Below are positions 1-12,404 of a stretch of 64,000 bases of DNA, in pieces. This DNA is from Mobula birostris. Taxonomy: Eukaryota. Position 1 is the first letter of the stretch, and every line of letters starts with the position of its first letter. The stretch is taken from the NCBI RefSeq assembly GCF_030028105.1, contig NC_092383.1, positions 96,929,604 to 96,993,603 on the forward strand, read 5' to 3'. The notes under the pieces were generated by a model, which saw only the letters and a program-made list of their open reading frames with translations, was not told the DNA's origin and made no database searches. The position numbers and the translations under genes are program-made.

Positions 1-394
1 TCACTAGGAGTTCTGCATGCTGCGCCGCCATCAGCTCCTGGCAATTGCAGGCCCACACGAGTGTCTGTAGGGCCCGGACAAACTCAGCACTCGATTCCCC
101 GGGGTGTTGTTGCCGTGTCGCTAAGCGATGCCGAGCATAGACGCTGTTTATCGGCCGTAGGTATTGTCTTTTGAGTGCGTTTATCGCGCCGTCGTAGTTC
201 AGCTGGTCTCTGATCAGCGAATAGACCCGTGGACTGACCCTGGAGAGTAGAACTCTGCGCTTCGCTACGGGGTCGGTCGCTTTAATCTCCTCTAGATACG
301 CTTCGAAGCAGGCCAGCCAGAGTTTGAAAGCGTTTCCAGCTTCAGGTGTTTGCGGATTGAGGTCTAATTTTTCTGGTCTCAGGGCCTGCTCCAT
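1..394 (-). CDS. Gypsy/Ty3 gag, 5' part (runs off window edge)
   Basis: ATG at 394-392 opens a frame with no stop to base 1: MEQALRPEKLDLNPQTPEAGNAFKLWLACFEAYLEEI...YARHRLATRQQHPGESSAEFVRAL. It is gag-like and lies 26 bp downstream of an LTR. It is absent from the ORF track because there is no stop codon in the window. Confidence 0.8.
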   Translation of the reverse strand, partial: MEQALRPEKLDLNPQTPEAGNAFKLWLACFEAYLEEIKATDPVAKRRVLLSRVSPRVYSLIRDQLNYDGAINALKRQYLRPINSVYARHRLATRQQHPGESSAEFVRALQTLVWACNCQELMAAQHAELLV

Positions 395-420
395 GTTTTA
401 AAACGTACAGCGAATAAAAT

Positions 421-649
421 TGAAGCACCTTCAATTACTCCAAAAGACTGAGGTTTGGTAAAATACTGAAAGGCTTTTATTCGCTGTACAATACGACCTC
501 CACAGTGAGTGCCTGCCCCCGGACTGAGGGGGAGGGGCAAGGCGAACACCTTTATACAGGATTCTGTGGGAGGAGCCACAGGCGCAGTCAGCAGAGGGGT
601 GTGTCCAGACAGGTAACCGAGTTACAACATATATACATGGTTTACCACA
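421..649 (-). mobile_element. 5' LTR of the Gypsy element above
   Basis: On the minus strand it reads TGTGGTAAACC...GGTGCTTCA (TG..CA) with TATAAA and AATAAA inside. Homology to the other copies of the duplicated block stops exactly at 650 (ttctgac|accatg is the empty site in the other copies). Confidence 0.75.
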
Positions 650-1129
650 GTCAGAACAACAAAGACCTCAACATAATCAAGACAGAAGAACTCGTTGTTG
701 ACCCAAGGAAGTGTGTGTGTGTAGACAACCCTGTCCTGATCAAAACAGCTACTGTAGAGATGGTTGACAGATTTGAAGCAGACATCCTTATCAACAGCAT
801 AGTCTCCTGGTCTCTCCAACTCACACAGTGACCAAGAAAGCACGTCAACCCAAATTGAATAAAAGTGATCAATACAAAGAGAGTTTAACAATCCCCGTGA
901 CCCCAAATGAGACACTGAACACAAAGTGAAAACCCACTTTGTTCAAAGACAAACAATTAGACATGAAAAGTTCACAATCGAAGGAACACTACATACCCGT
1001 GAGGTGACACTGAGAAAATACAATCCACATACAAACTGATAAAATCCCTTTCTTCTTTAAAAACAACCCATAGCTCTGACACATACGTCTTACTCAAATT
1101 TCCCATTGTGTGGTACATGTTCTTTCTCT

Positions 1130-1181
1130 CTCTCGCACACACACACACTCAGAGACAGAAACACCACAAACTGACACACAG

Positions 1182-1226
<45 letters not shown>

Positions 1227-1345
1227 ATTGCGCATGCTTACACACATGTGCGGACTCACACACGCACAGACGCACACACAAATGCGCACACGTGCACAGA
1301 CACAGACACAGAGGCACAGACACACTCACATGCAAACACTCACAC
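1130..1345. repeat. (CA)n-rich microsatellite / degenerate CA repeat
   Basis: Visible CA runs. The counterpart (TG)n lies at about 40470-40650. Confidence 0.9.
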
Positions 1346-1350
1346 TCTCT

Positions 1351-1613
1351 ATCACCTATCACCTGTCCAGCTCCTGGCTCCATCCCTCCCCCTCCTGTCT
1401 ACTCCTATCATTTTGGATCTCCCCCTCCCCCTCCAACTTTCAAATCCCTTACTCACTCTTCCTTCAGTTAGTCCTGACGAAGGGTCTCAGCCTGAAACGT
1501 CGACTGCACCTCTTCCTAGAGATGGTGCCTGGCCTGCTGCGTTCACCAGCAACTTTTATGTGTGTTGCTTGAATTTCCAGCATCTGCAGAATTCCTGTTG
1601 TTTGTGTTTTTAA
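1351..1613 (+). mobile_element. Penelope-like element 3' terminal fragment with 13-bp TSD
   Basis: Matches the terminal repeat of the Penelope at 23236-25827. It is flanked by actcacactctct at 1338-1350 and 1614-1626, and is absent from the homologous site near 40480. Confidence 0.8.
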
Positions 1614-3989
1614 ACTCACACTCTCTGCTCTGTTGTTCCATTGTGTGATCTGGGTTCACAAACACTTTGCCGAGCTCGTGTCAACATGACGAGCAGGAGC
1701 AGGAAGCAGACGTGCTACCATTGAACCAGACAACATGTTCAAATGATCTTGCTGAAACATTTTCTTGCTATTTTCCTTGATCTCCTTAATATCTAGAAAT
1801 CTATCAATGAAAGAAGAATTTCCAGATCACCGGAGAATCCCAGTGATTTACCACAGTATGCCGGCTGGCTTCGTAATGGCCTGGTATGGGAACACTATGT
1901 ATTTGAATGGAAAATCCTACAAAATGTACTGAATATGGTCCAGTACATCATGGATAAAACCTTCCCAGCCACTGAAAGCAGCTACATGAAACATTGCCAT
2001 AATCAAAGATCCTCACCACCCAGGCCATGCTCTTTTCTCACTGCTGTCATCAGGTAGAAGGTACAAGTGCCTCAGGACCTACACGACCAGGTTCAAGAAC
2101 AGGTTATTTTTTGATATTTATTTATATTTGCATTTTCACAGTTTGCTGTCTATTGACCCTGTTTACAGTTACTGTTCTATAGATTTGCTAAGTATGCCCG
2201 CAGAGAAAGAATCTCAGGGTTGTATGAGGTGACATATCTCTACTCTGATAATAAAACTTATTTTGAACTTTTTGAATAGAGGCCTAGTCTATTACCCACA
2301 CTAGTGACATGTCAGACCCACCACATCAGAAACCAGTCTGGTGAATCTTTGTGATAATTCCCCTTCAGCATCCATTTCTCACCCATTATCACAGATTCCA
2401 ACATTGTCCCCGCTCCCAGTGTCAGCTGGGGAGATGTGTGGTTCCCAGTTTTCTCTCTCTCCCTCCTTTTTGAAACAGTCTGTAGGATCCATTCCTGAAA
2501 CTGTAGAGTTTGCCAGGTGATAACCAGAAAGTTGAGTAACTCTACTGACACCTTGTCACAGACTCCGGGATGGAGATCATCAGGCCTGTGTCAATTATCC
2601 ATTTTCGTGATGTTATTTCATCATTGACGCTGATTAATTTTATTTCTACACTTGCATTCAACACTTGTCTATCCTGTATTTCTGGCAGGTTTTTGTGTGT
2701 TCCACAAAGACACACAAAAAGCCATGGTTATTTCCTCTACTGTTCCTTCATTCCCCATTACAAAGACCCACGTCTGTCTGTAAGGGAACTACAGTTTTAC
2801 CTGCTGCTGTGTTTGTTTCATGTCCTGATTCCGGCTCTCACAGTCTGTTTTTAATATCCTTCAACTTTCCATTTTCGCTTTCTTCAACGATATACCTGTT
2901 ACCCTTTGCTGTGTTCGTAATCAGTCTCAATCCTCAGACTTATGACTCATTCCACAGGTTAACAACCATTTCTGGCAATGATGTCAGGATTTTCTTTATC
3001 ATTCTGTCTCACTGCTTGTGTGTCCATTATTGTGATTTGGGCTATTGACAGATCGACAGTCTGTCTGCCGAGAGAGAGTGAAAACCAGCACTTGGGACCA
3101 AAAACGAGGATGACTGTTAACAATTTCCACTCTCTTTCTGCATTCCAGTGCCCCTCCACCACTTCCTGCCCCCACCATCCACCATTCCTACAGCGATTCC
3201 CCATCAGGATCTTTTCCCATGAAATATCTCCAGACCAGATCCCAGTTCCTGGGTTCTGAGGGGTCTTGGGTCACATGTACTGAATTCCACATCTCTGCCA
3301 AACCTTCCTAATCCTGTGAACAACTGATACCTTTTTCTCAAGCTCCGTTTCCAGAATTAGAAGCAGGATGGTTCTATGGCTACAGAAAGAGTCAATCCTC
3401 TGTCCCAATACCCACCAGTAACCAAACTTTTCTTGCTCTCCATGTCAAACTCGTGTTTTATGAGAGTGTGACAGGAGAAGCAGCTTCACTGCGTCCAACC
3501 TACACTCTCCTTGCGCTGGTAGTGTGGGACCCAGAAATGCCCAAGTCCAGAAAGTAACAGCGAACCTGGAGAGAAGGATGTTAAAGACAAAGACTTGCTC
3601 TGAATCAAACTTACAGAGTGAGGCGCAGAGAGTTAGCCAGCAGGAGGTCAGCAGATGCCTGGTGTTCATTGTTCTCACAGAACAGTGTAGACGTTGGTGG
3701 GCGGGCTGCACAAAGCTTCCTCTCCTAGTCGGTACGTTGTGAAGAGCAGTTGACAAGAAAGTAGGTGTTGTGCAAAAGGTGAAATACAGAGGTGTGATCA
3801 CAAGCAGAAAGCCACAGCGCTCGATGTCACGAGCGGACTGACTGATATCAGTATTTCACCCCACACCAAATAAGAACAATAAAATCAGGAGGATTTTTGG
3901 TCCCTTGTTCCTGCTCCACAATCAATGAGACTCTGACTGATCTTTTATCTCATCACCACAGTCCTGACCAGAAGAATAGAAAAGCCAAC

Positions 3990-4205
3990 ATAAAGTGGTG
4001 GATATGGCCCAGTCCATCACAAGAAAAACCCTCCCCACCACTGAGCAGATCTACAAGGAGCACTGCGACAAGAAAGCAACGTGCATTATCAAGGACCCCG
4101 ACCATCCAGTCCATAATCTCCTTTCATTGCTGCTGTCAGAAAGGAGGTACGGACCTCAGGTTCCACACCACCAGGTTCAGGAACAGTTACACATCAGACT
4201 CCTGA
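3990..4205 (+). mobile_element. Rex1/Babar-type LINE 3' ORF remnant (copies also at 9590-9810 and 35010-35230, minus strand)
   Basis: Peptide AQSITRKTLPTTEQIYKEHCDKKATCIIKDPDHPVHNLLSLL..GRRY resembles the C-terminus of Rex/Babar RT. Related fragments (IKTEELVVDPRK) lie at about 655-880. Confidence 0.6.
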
Positions 4206-5068
4206 ACCAGCGTGGATAACATCACACACCGCCACTCTGAATTGATTCCACAACCTATGGACTCACTTTCAAGGATTTCATGTTGTAGAGCATATGAGGA
4301 GTATTTGATGGCTCTGGGTCTGTACTCGCTGAAATTTGGAAGAATGAGTGGAAATTTCATTGAAACCTATCGAATGTTGAAAGACCTCGGCAGAGGACGT
4401 AAGAGGACACTTCTTATGGTGGAGGGGTGTAGGACCAGAGGACACAGCCTCCAAACAGAGGAACGCCCATTTACCCTGATCCAACACAAACTCTAGTTTA
4501 TTCTCCGTTTGCCTCTTCCTCTGCCCACCTGACCAAACAATCTTATCTCCCCGAAGCCCGAAGCTTTCCTACAACAACCCAAGGGATTGAATCCAGGCCC
4601 TGTGGATTGTCAGTCAGGAGGGGATTAAAAAACTGTAGAACACTGAATGAGCCAGGGACAGGGGAAACAGTAAAAACAAATATATTCTCTGTAGTGGAAG
4701 GAATGGAGGCAGCCATTTTATGTGTGTTCTCTGCGGCCACCATTTTGTGAGCTGGCTCCTCCCCGGGGACGGTTTGATCAGAGCAGCAAAAAGTAGATGC
4801 AGTGGGGTCGACAATCTGATAAATAAGAGATCATTTCCAAATAAAAAGCTCATTTTGATTTCGTCAGACTGACAGGCTTATCAAAGAAACAGCCTGTGTG
4901 ACCTGACAAAGACTGAGCTGCATATCTGGATGAACTGAATTGAACAAAGGAAGTGACATGGGGCAAGAGCAATAAATTAATACTGTTTGTGGCCTTGTGC
5001 CAGATCCAGGGAGAGGCTGGCACAGGTCAGTCAGATGAAACAGAGCCACTGAAATCGAAACACAACAG

Positions 5069-7675
5069 TTTAGAAACATAGAAAATAGGTGCAGGAGTAG
5101 GCCATTTGGCCCTTCGAGCCTGCACCGCCATTTATTATGATCATGGCTGATCAACCAACTCAGAACCCCGCCCCAGCCTTCCCTCCATACCCCCTGACCC
5201 CCGTAGCCACAAGGGCCATATCTAACTCCCTCTTAAATATAGCCAATGAACTGGCCTCAACTGTTTCCTGTGGCAGAGAATTCCACAGATTCACCACTCT
5301 CTGTGTGAAGAAGTTTTTCCTAATCTCGGTCCTAAAAGGCTTCCCCTCTATCCTCAAACTGTGACCCCTTGTTCTGGACTTTCCCAACATCGGGAACAAT
5401 CTTCCTGCATCTAGCCTGTCCAATCCCTTTAGGATCTTATACGTTTCAATCAGATCCCCCCTCAATCTTCTAAATTCCAACGAGTACAAGTCCAGTTCAT
5501 CCAGTCTTTCTTCATATGAAAGTCTTGCCATCCCAGGAATCAATCTGGTGAACCTTCTCTGTACTCCCTCTATGGCAAGGATGTCTTTCCTCAGATTAGG
5601 GGACCAAAACTGCACACAATACTCCAGGTGTGGTCTCACCAAGGCCTTGTACAACTGCAGTAGTACCTCCCTGCTCCTGTACTCAAATCCCCTCGCTATA
5701 AATGCCAGCATACCATTCGCCTTTTTCACCGCCTGCTGTACCTGCATGCCCACTTTCAATGACCGGTGTATAATGACACCCAGGTCTCGTTGCACCTCCC
5801 CTTTTCCTAATCGGCCACCATTCAGATAATAATCTGTTTTCCTATTTTTGCCACCAAAGTGGATAACTCCACATTAAATTGCATCTGCCATGAATTTGCC
5901 CACTCACCCAACCTATCCAAGTCACCCTGCATCCTCTTAGCATCCTCCTCACAGCTAACACTGCCACCCAGCTTCGTGTCATCTGCAAACTTGGAGATGC
6001 TGCATTTAATTCCCTCATCCAAGTCATTAATATATATTGTAAACAACTGGGGTCCCAGCACTGAGCCTTGCGGTACCCCACTAGTCACCGCCTGCCATTC
6101 TGAAAAGGTCCTGTTTATTCCCACTCTTTGCTTCCTGTCTGCTAACCATCTCTCCACCCACACCAATACCTTAGCCCCAATACCGTGTGCTTTAAGTTTG
6201 CACACTAATCTCCTGAGTGGGACCTTGTCAAAAGCCTTCTGAAAATCCAAATATACCACATCCACTGGTTCTCCCCTATCCACTCTACTAGTTACATCCT
6301 CAAAAAACTCTATGAGATTCGTCAGACATGATTTTCCTTTCACAAATCCATGCTGACTTTGTCTGATCATTTCACCGCTTTCCAAATGTGCTGTTATCAC
6401 ATCCTTGAAACTGACTCCAGCAGTTTCCCTACCACCAACGTTAGGCCAACCGGTCTATAATTCCCCGGTTTCTCTCTCCCTCCTTTTTTAAAAAGTGGAG
6501 TTACATTAGCCACCCTCCAATCCTCAGGAACTAGTCCAGAATCTAACGAGTTTTGAAAAATTATCACTAATGCATCCACTATTTCTTGGGCTACTTCCTT
6601 AAGCACCCTGGGATGCAGACCATCTGGCCCTGGGGATTTATCTGCCTTCAATCCCTTCAACTTACCTAACACCACTTCCCTACTAACATGTATTTCGCTC
6701 AGTTCCTCCATCTCACTGGACCCTCTGTCCCCTACTATTTCTGGAAGATTATTTATGTCCTCCTTAGTGAAGACAGAACCAAAGTAATTATTCAATTGGT
6801 CTGCCATGTCCTCGCTCCCCATAATCAATTCACCTGTTTCTGTCTGCAGGGGACCTACATTTGTCTTTACCAGTCTTTTCCTTTTTACATATCTATAAAA
6901 GCATTTACAGTCCGTTTTTATGTTGCCTGCCAGTTTTCTCTCATAATCTTTTTTCCCCTTCCTAATTAAGCCCTTTGTCCTCCTCTGCTGAACTCTGAAT
7001 TTCTCCCAGTCCTCAGGTGAGCCACTTTCTCTGGCTAATTTGTATGCTTCTTCTTTGGAATTGATACTATCCCTAATTTCTCTTGTCAGCCACGGGTGCA
7101 CTACCTTCCTTGATTTATTCTTTTGCCAAACTGGGATGAACATTTGTTGCAGTTCATCCATGCAACCTTTAAATGCTTGCCATTGCATATCCACCATCAA
7201 TCCTTTAAGTGTCATTTGCCAGTCTATCTTAGCTAATTCACATCTCATACCTTCAAAGTTACCCCTCTTTAAGTTCAGAACCTTTGTTTCTGAATTAACT
7301 ATGTCACTCTCCATCTTAATGAAGAATTCCACCATATTATGGTCACTCTTACCCAAGGGGCCTCTCACGACAAGATTGCTAATTAACCCTTCCTCATTGC
7401 TCAAAACCCAGTCCAGAATAGCCTGCTCTCTAGTCGGTTCCTCGACATGTTGGTTCAAAAAACCATCCCGCATACATTCCAAGAAATCCTCTTCCTCAGC
7501 ACCTTTACCAATTTGGTTCACCCAATCTACATGTAGATTGAAGTCACCCATTATAACTGCTGTTCCTTTATTGCACACATTTCTAATTTCCTGTTTAATA
7601 CCATCTCCGACCTCACTACTACTGTTAGGTGGCCTGTACACAACTCCCACCAGCGTCTTCTGCCCCTTAGTGTCC
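5069..7675 (-). mobile_element. CR1 LINE, 5'-truncated, ORF2 (APE endonuclease + RT) broken by frameshifts/stop
   Basis: ORFs 6397..7677, 5822..6400 and 5160..5795 contain VYRPPNS, YLDFQKAFDKV, SGVPQGSVLGP, FADDTKL and LVRPHLEYCVQFW. The 3' (TTTCTA)-type tail lies near 5069-5085. Confidence 0.95.
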
Positions 7676-7684
7676 ACATAGACT

Positions 7685-7860
7685 CCATCTGTGTGGAGTT
7701 TGCATGTTCTCCCAGTGAAGGCTCAGTTTACCCCGGGTGCTCCTATTTCCTCCCAGATTCCAAAGACAGAAGGGTGGTGGGTTAATTGACCACTATAAAT
7801 TGCCCCCACTGAGAGGGTGAGGGGTAGAATGTGGGGGAGGTGATGGGATGAATGAAATGG
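7685..7860 (+). mobile_element. SINE fragment (V-SINE/HE1-like core)
   Basis: gtgtggagtttgcatgttctccc...gggtgctcctatttcctcccagattccaaagac...ggttaattgaccactataaattgccc resembles the conserved core of fish/shark tRNA-derived SINEs. Confidence 0.55.
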
Positions 7861-8717
7861 AATCTAAAACCGGGTTTAAACTGGGTTTGCTGGAGTTGTG
7901 AGACAGCAGAACTTCCTGCTGCCCACCTGTATGTGTTTTCTCTCTCACTCCAGAGACAGCTGGACTCCAGCACCATTTTCTGTTTCACAGCCTCAACCAC
8001 TTCCTGCCACCATGTTACAACTTTGCAAGACTTTCACCAAGGTCACACACTTCTTGTGTCGCTGAAACCCTTCATTCGTATTCTCTGCCTTGTCGATTAA
8101 ACTGTTGTGTTTCGATTTCAGTGGCTCTGTTTCATCTGACTCACCTGTGCCAGCCTCTCACTGGATCCGGCACAAGGCCACAAACAGTATTAATTTATTG
8201 CTCTTGCCCCATGTCACTTCCTTTGTTCAACCCAGTTCATCCAAATACGCAGCTCAGTCTTCCTCAGGTCACACAGGCTGTTTCTTTGATAAGCCTGTCA
8301 GTCTGACAAAATCAAAAACAGCTTTTTATTTGGAAATGATCTCTTATTTATCAGATTGTTGACCCCACTGCATCTACTTTTTGCTGCTCTGATGAAACCG
8401 TCCCCGGGGGGGAGCCAGCTCACAAAATGGTGGCCACAGAGACACACATAAGATGGCTGCCTCCATTCCTTCCATTACAAGAATATATTTGTTTTTACTG
8501 TTTCCCCTGTCCCTGGCTCATTCAGTGTTCTACAGTTTTTTAATCCCCTCCTGACTGACAATCCACAGGGCCAGCATTCAATTCCTTGCTTTGTTGTACG
8601 AAATCTTCAGACTTCGGGGAGATGAGATTGTTTGATCAGGTGGGCAGAGGAAGAGGCAAATGGAGAATAAAATAGAGTTTGTGTCAGATCAGGTAAATTG
8701 ACGTTCTTCTTCGGAGG

Positions 8718-9344
8718 AACTATTCCTCTATTCCTCTGTTGGTTTTTGGTCGGGCGCTGGACGCTCGGAGAGATTAGGCTGGGGGCAGGCGCCTGGCACT
8801 TGTACTCATGACACGGGTCTATCACTGTATAACAACGAGGTATAGCTCTGCTGGGGACCTGTTTGTCACTATAACAGGGTAGAGGACTTGGCCGGCTCCC
8901 CCACCAGACTTCGTCTGGTGAGGAGGGTGTGAGGACACCCAGCAGGACTAAAAAAAAACAAGACCTGACAAAGGGCGGATGAGCTCCTTGTGAGCCAACG
9001 GCCATCTTCCGTGGAAGAGATTAAAGCCTCACCACGTATCTACGAATCGTTTGCTACGCACCTAGTTAGAAGAGACATGATGAGCTTGGGCGCTGCACCG
9101 TGTGCCTGGACCTGCCCAAGGCCACCGCCTGAGGAAGGGCCGAGCTCGAAGAAGCAGCCGTGGCTGGAGGCCGACACAGCCTCGGGCACAAGTTCGGCAG
9201 GGGGGGCGGCGGGCAGTGCCAAGGCGGCCAGCGAGAACAAACTGGAGGAGAGGCTGTACTCGGTGCTGTCGCAAGATGGAAAAAGATGGAGGTGCATAGC
9301 TGCCAACCCCAGATTCGAATGGCACCCGCTGACTGACTGACAGA
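8718..9344 (+). mobile_element. Chimeric non-autonomous RTE-like retroposon carrying host gene fragment
   Basis: TSD ttcggagg at 8710-8717 and 9345-9352. The empty site is present in copies 1 and 3. The 3' end QDGKRWRCIAANP plus a (TGAC)n tail resembles an RTE terminus. Confidence 0.7.
9092..9269 (+). pseudogene. CYHR1: Captured, order-swapped fragment of CYHR1/ZFTRAF1 5' coding region
   Basis: 9125-9269 encodes PPEEGPSSKKQPWLEA...[12 protein letters not shown] and 9094-9123 encodes [10 protein letters not shown]. In CYHR1/ZFTRAF1 as recalled, these are contiguous as [21 protein letters not shown]. The segment is GC/CpG-rich relative to its flanks. Confidence 0.8.
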
Positions 9345-12300
9345 TTCGGAGGCTGTGTCCTCTGGTCCTACACCCCTACACCATAAGAAGCGTTCTCTTA
9401 TGTCCTCCTCTGTCGAGGTCTTTCAACATTGGATAGGTTTCATTGAAATTTACACTCATTCTTCTAAATTTCAGTGAGTACAGACCCAGAGCCATCAAAT
9501 GCTCCTCATATGCTCTACAACATGAAATCCTTGAAAGTGAGTCCATCGATTGTGGAATCAATTCAGAGTGGCGGTGTGTGAAGTTATCCACGCTGGTTCA
9601 GGAGTCTGATGTGTAACTGTTCCTGAACCTGGTGGTGTGGAACCTGAGGTCCGTACCTCCTTTCTGACAGCAGCAATGAAAGGAGATTATGGACTGGATG
9701 GTCGGGGTCCTTGATGATGCACGTTGCTTTCTTGTCGCAGTGCTCCTTGTAGATCTGCTCAGTGGTGGGGAGGGTTTTTCTTGTGATGGACTGGGCCATA
9801 TCCACCACTTTATGTTGGCTTTTCTATTCTTTTGGTCAGGACTGTGGTGATGAGATAAAAGATCAGTCATAGTCTCATTGATTGTGGAGCAGGAACAAGG
9901 GGCCAAAAAATCCTCCTGATTTTATTGTTCTTATTTGGTGTGAGGTGAAATACTGACATCAGTCAGTCCGCTCGTGACGTCGAGCGCTGTGGCTTTCTGC
10001 TTGTGATCACACCTCTGTATTTCACCTTCTGCACAACACCTACTTTCTTGTCGACTGCTCATCACAACGTACCGACTAGGAGAGGAAGCTTTGTGCAGCC
10101 CGCCCACCAACGTCTACACTGCTCTGTGAGAACAATGAACACCAGGCATCTGCTGACCTCCTGCTGGCTAACTCTCTGCGCCTCACTCTGTAAGTTTGAT
10201 TCAGAGCAAGTCTTTGTCTTTAACATCCTTCTCTCCAGGTTCGCTGTTACTTTCTGGACTTGGGCATTTCTGGGTCCCACACTACAAGGGCAAGGAGCGT
10301 GTAGGTTGGACACAGTGAAGCTGCCTCTCCTGTCACACTCTCAAAAAACGCGAGTTTGACATGGAGAGCAAGAAAAGTTTGGTTACGGGTGGGTATTGAG
10401 AGAGAGGATTGGCTTTTTCTGTAGCCATAGAACCATCCTGCTTCTAATTCTGGAAATGGAGCTTGAGAAACAGTTATGAGTTGTTCACAGGATTGGGAAG
10501 GATTGGCAGAGATGTGGAATTCAGTACATGTGACCCAAGACGCCTCAAAACCCAGAAACTGGGATCTGGTCTGGAGATGTTTCATGGGAAAAGATCCTGA
10601 TGGGGAATCGCTGTAGGAATGGTGAATGGTGTGGGCAGGAAGTGGGGGAGGGGCACTGGAAAGGAGAAAGAGAGTGGAAATTGTTAAGTCATCTTTGTTT
10701 TTGGTTCCAAGTCATGGTTTCCTCTCTCTCGGCAGACGGACTGTCGATCTGTCAATAGCCCAAATCACAATAATGGACATACAAGCAGTGAGACAGAATG
10801 ATAAAGAAAATCCTGATATCATTGCCCGAAATGGTTGTTAACCAGCAGAATGAGTCATAAACCTGAGGATTGAGATTGATTACGAACACAGCAAAGGGTC
10901 ACAGATAAATCGTTGAATAAAGCGAAAATGGAAAGTTGGAGGATATTAAGAGCCAACTATGAGAGCCGGAATCAGGACATGAAACAAACACAGCAGCAGG
11001 TACAACTGTAGTTCCCTTACAGACAGACGTGGGTCTTTGTAATGGGGAATGAAGGAACAGTAGAGGAAATAACCATGGCTTTTTGTGTGTCTTTGTGGAA
11101 CACACAAAATCCTGCCAGAAATACAGGATAGACAAGTGTTGAATGCTAGTGTAGAAATAAAATCAATCAGCGTCAATGATGAAATAACATCATGAAAATG
11201 GATAATTGACACAGGCCTGATGATCTCCATCCCGGAGTCTGTGACAAGGTGTCAGTAGAGTTACTCAACTTCCTGGTTATCATCTGGCAAACTCTACAGT
11301 TTCAGGAATGGTTCCAACAGACTGTTTCAAAAAGGAGGGAGAGAGAGAAAACTGGGAACCACACAACTCTCCAGCTGACACTGGGAGCGGGGACAATGTT
11401 GGAATCTGTGATAATGGGTGAGAAATGGAAGCTGAAGGGGAATTATCACAAAGATTCACCAGACTGGTTTCTGATGTGGTGGGTCTGACATGTCACTAGT
11501 GTGGGTAATAGACTGGGCCTCTATTCAAAAAGTTCAAAATAAGTTTTATCAGAGTAGAAATATGTCACCTCATACAACCCTGAGATTCTTTTTCTGCAGG
11601 CACATTTAGCAAATCTATAGAACAGTAACTGTAAACAGGGTCAATAGACAACAAACTGCGCAAATGCAAATATAAATAAATATCAATAAATAACCTGTTC
11701 TTGAACCTGGTGGTGTACATCCTGATCACTTTTATTCAATTTGGGTTGACGTGCTTTCTTGGTCACTGTGTGAGTTGGAGAGACGAGGAGACTATGCTGT
11801 TGATAAAGATGTCTGCTTCGAATCTGTCAACCATCTCCACAGTAGCTGTTTTGATCAGGACCGGGTTGTCTACACACATGCACTTCCTTGGGTCAACAAC
11901 TAGATCTTCTGTCTTGATTATGTTGAGGTCTATGTTGTTCTGACACCATGACAAAAGCATCATGATCACTTTCCTGCAGAGTGAACTCTCACATATGATC
12001 TTCAGTAGTTTGTTCAGATTTAGACAAATTCAGTTTGTTCTCCTCCTGGTTATCGAGACCCCTCTCCCCTTCCTTGTTGCTCCTCTTCAACCTTCCAGAT
12101 TTCCCAGCATTGGGGTCCTCCTCCCAACACAGTTTTATCGAACTTAAACTCAGTCTACCTCCCTCGTGATTGGATTCAGTGGAATTCTGATCACAGTCTG
12201 TCCCAGTGGAACAGTGCTCTCCTTCTCCAGTACTAATGCCAGTGTCACAGGAGCTGAAAGCCACACCAGACTCTGAGTCAGTCCTCCCTGATCCCATTAA

Positions 12301-12404
12301 CCGCGTTAGGATCTGTTTGTGGGTTGGGTAACAATACAAAGATCAAGACGTTTGTGGTCATGTTTGCAAATGTAACCCCGGTTGCTCAGTGTCTGGGGAG
12401 ATTT

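Larger units (their letters stand above)
650..5068 (-). repeat. Inverted partial copy of the segmental-duplication block (copy 1)
   Basis: Reverse complement of 8098-11950 and of 34140-37160 plus 40030-41125. The ORF track gives near-identical peptides on opposite strands, e.g. 3995..4219+, 9584..9808- and 35003..35227-. Confidence 0.9.

Noticed and set aside
3830-4262. Mixed sharing of variants among the three block copies, suggesting gene conversion
   Set aside because: The few sites inspected are equally explained by copy-private mutations. A full alignment would be needed.
7946-8045. Strong acceptor-like tract and perfect Kozak GCCACCATG (about 8005-8013), conserved in unit B
   Set aside because: The peptide MLQLCKTFTK is not a signal peptide. 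The donor is weak and phase 0, which is incompatible with the phase-1 V exon.
11989-12339. Minus-strand Ser/Glu-rich ORF open in both units (also 41076..41597)
   Set aside because: There is no recognisable domain or convincing splice sites, and the stop position differs between copies. Shared openness is explained by recent duplication.
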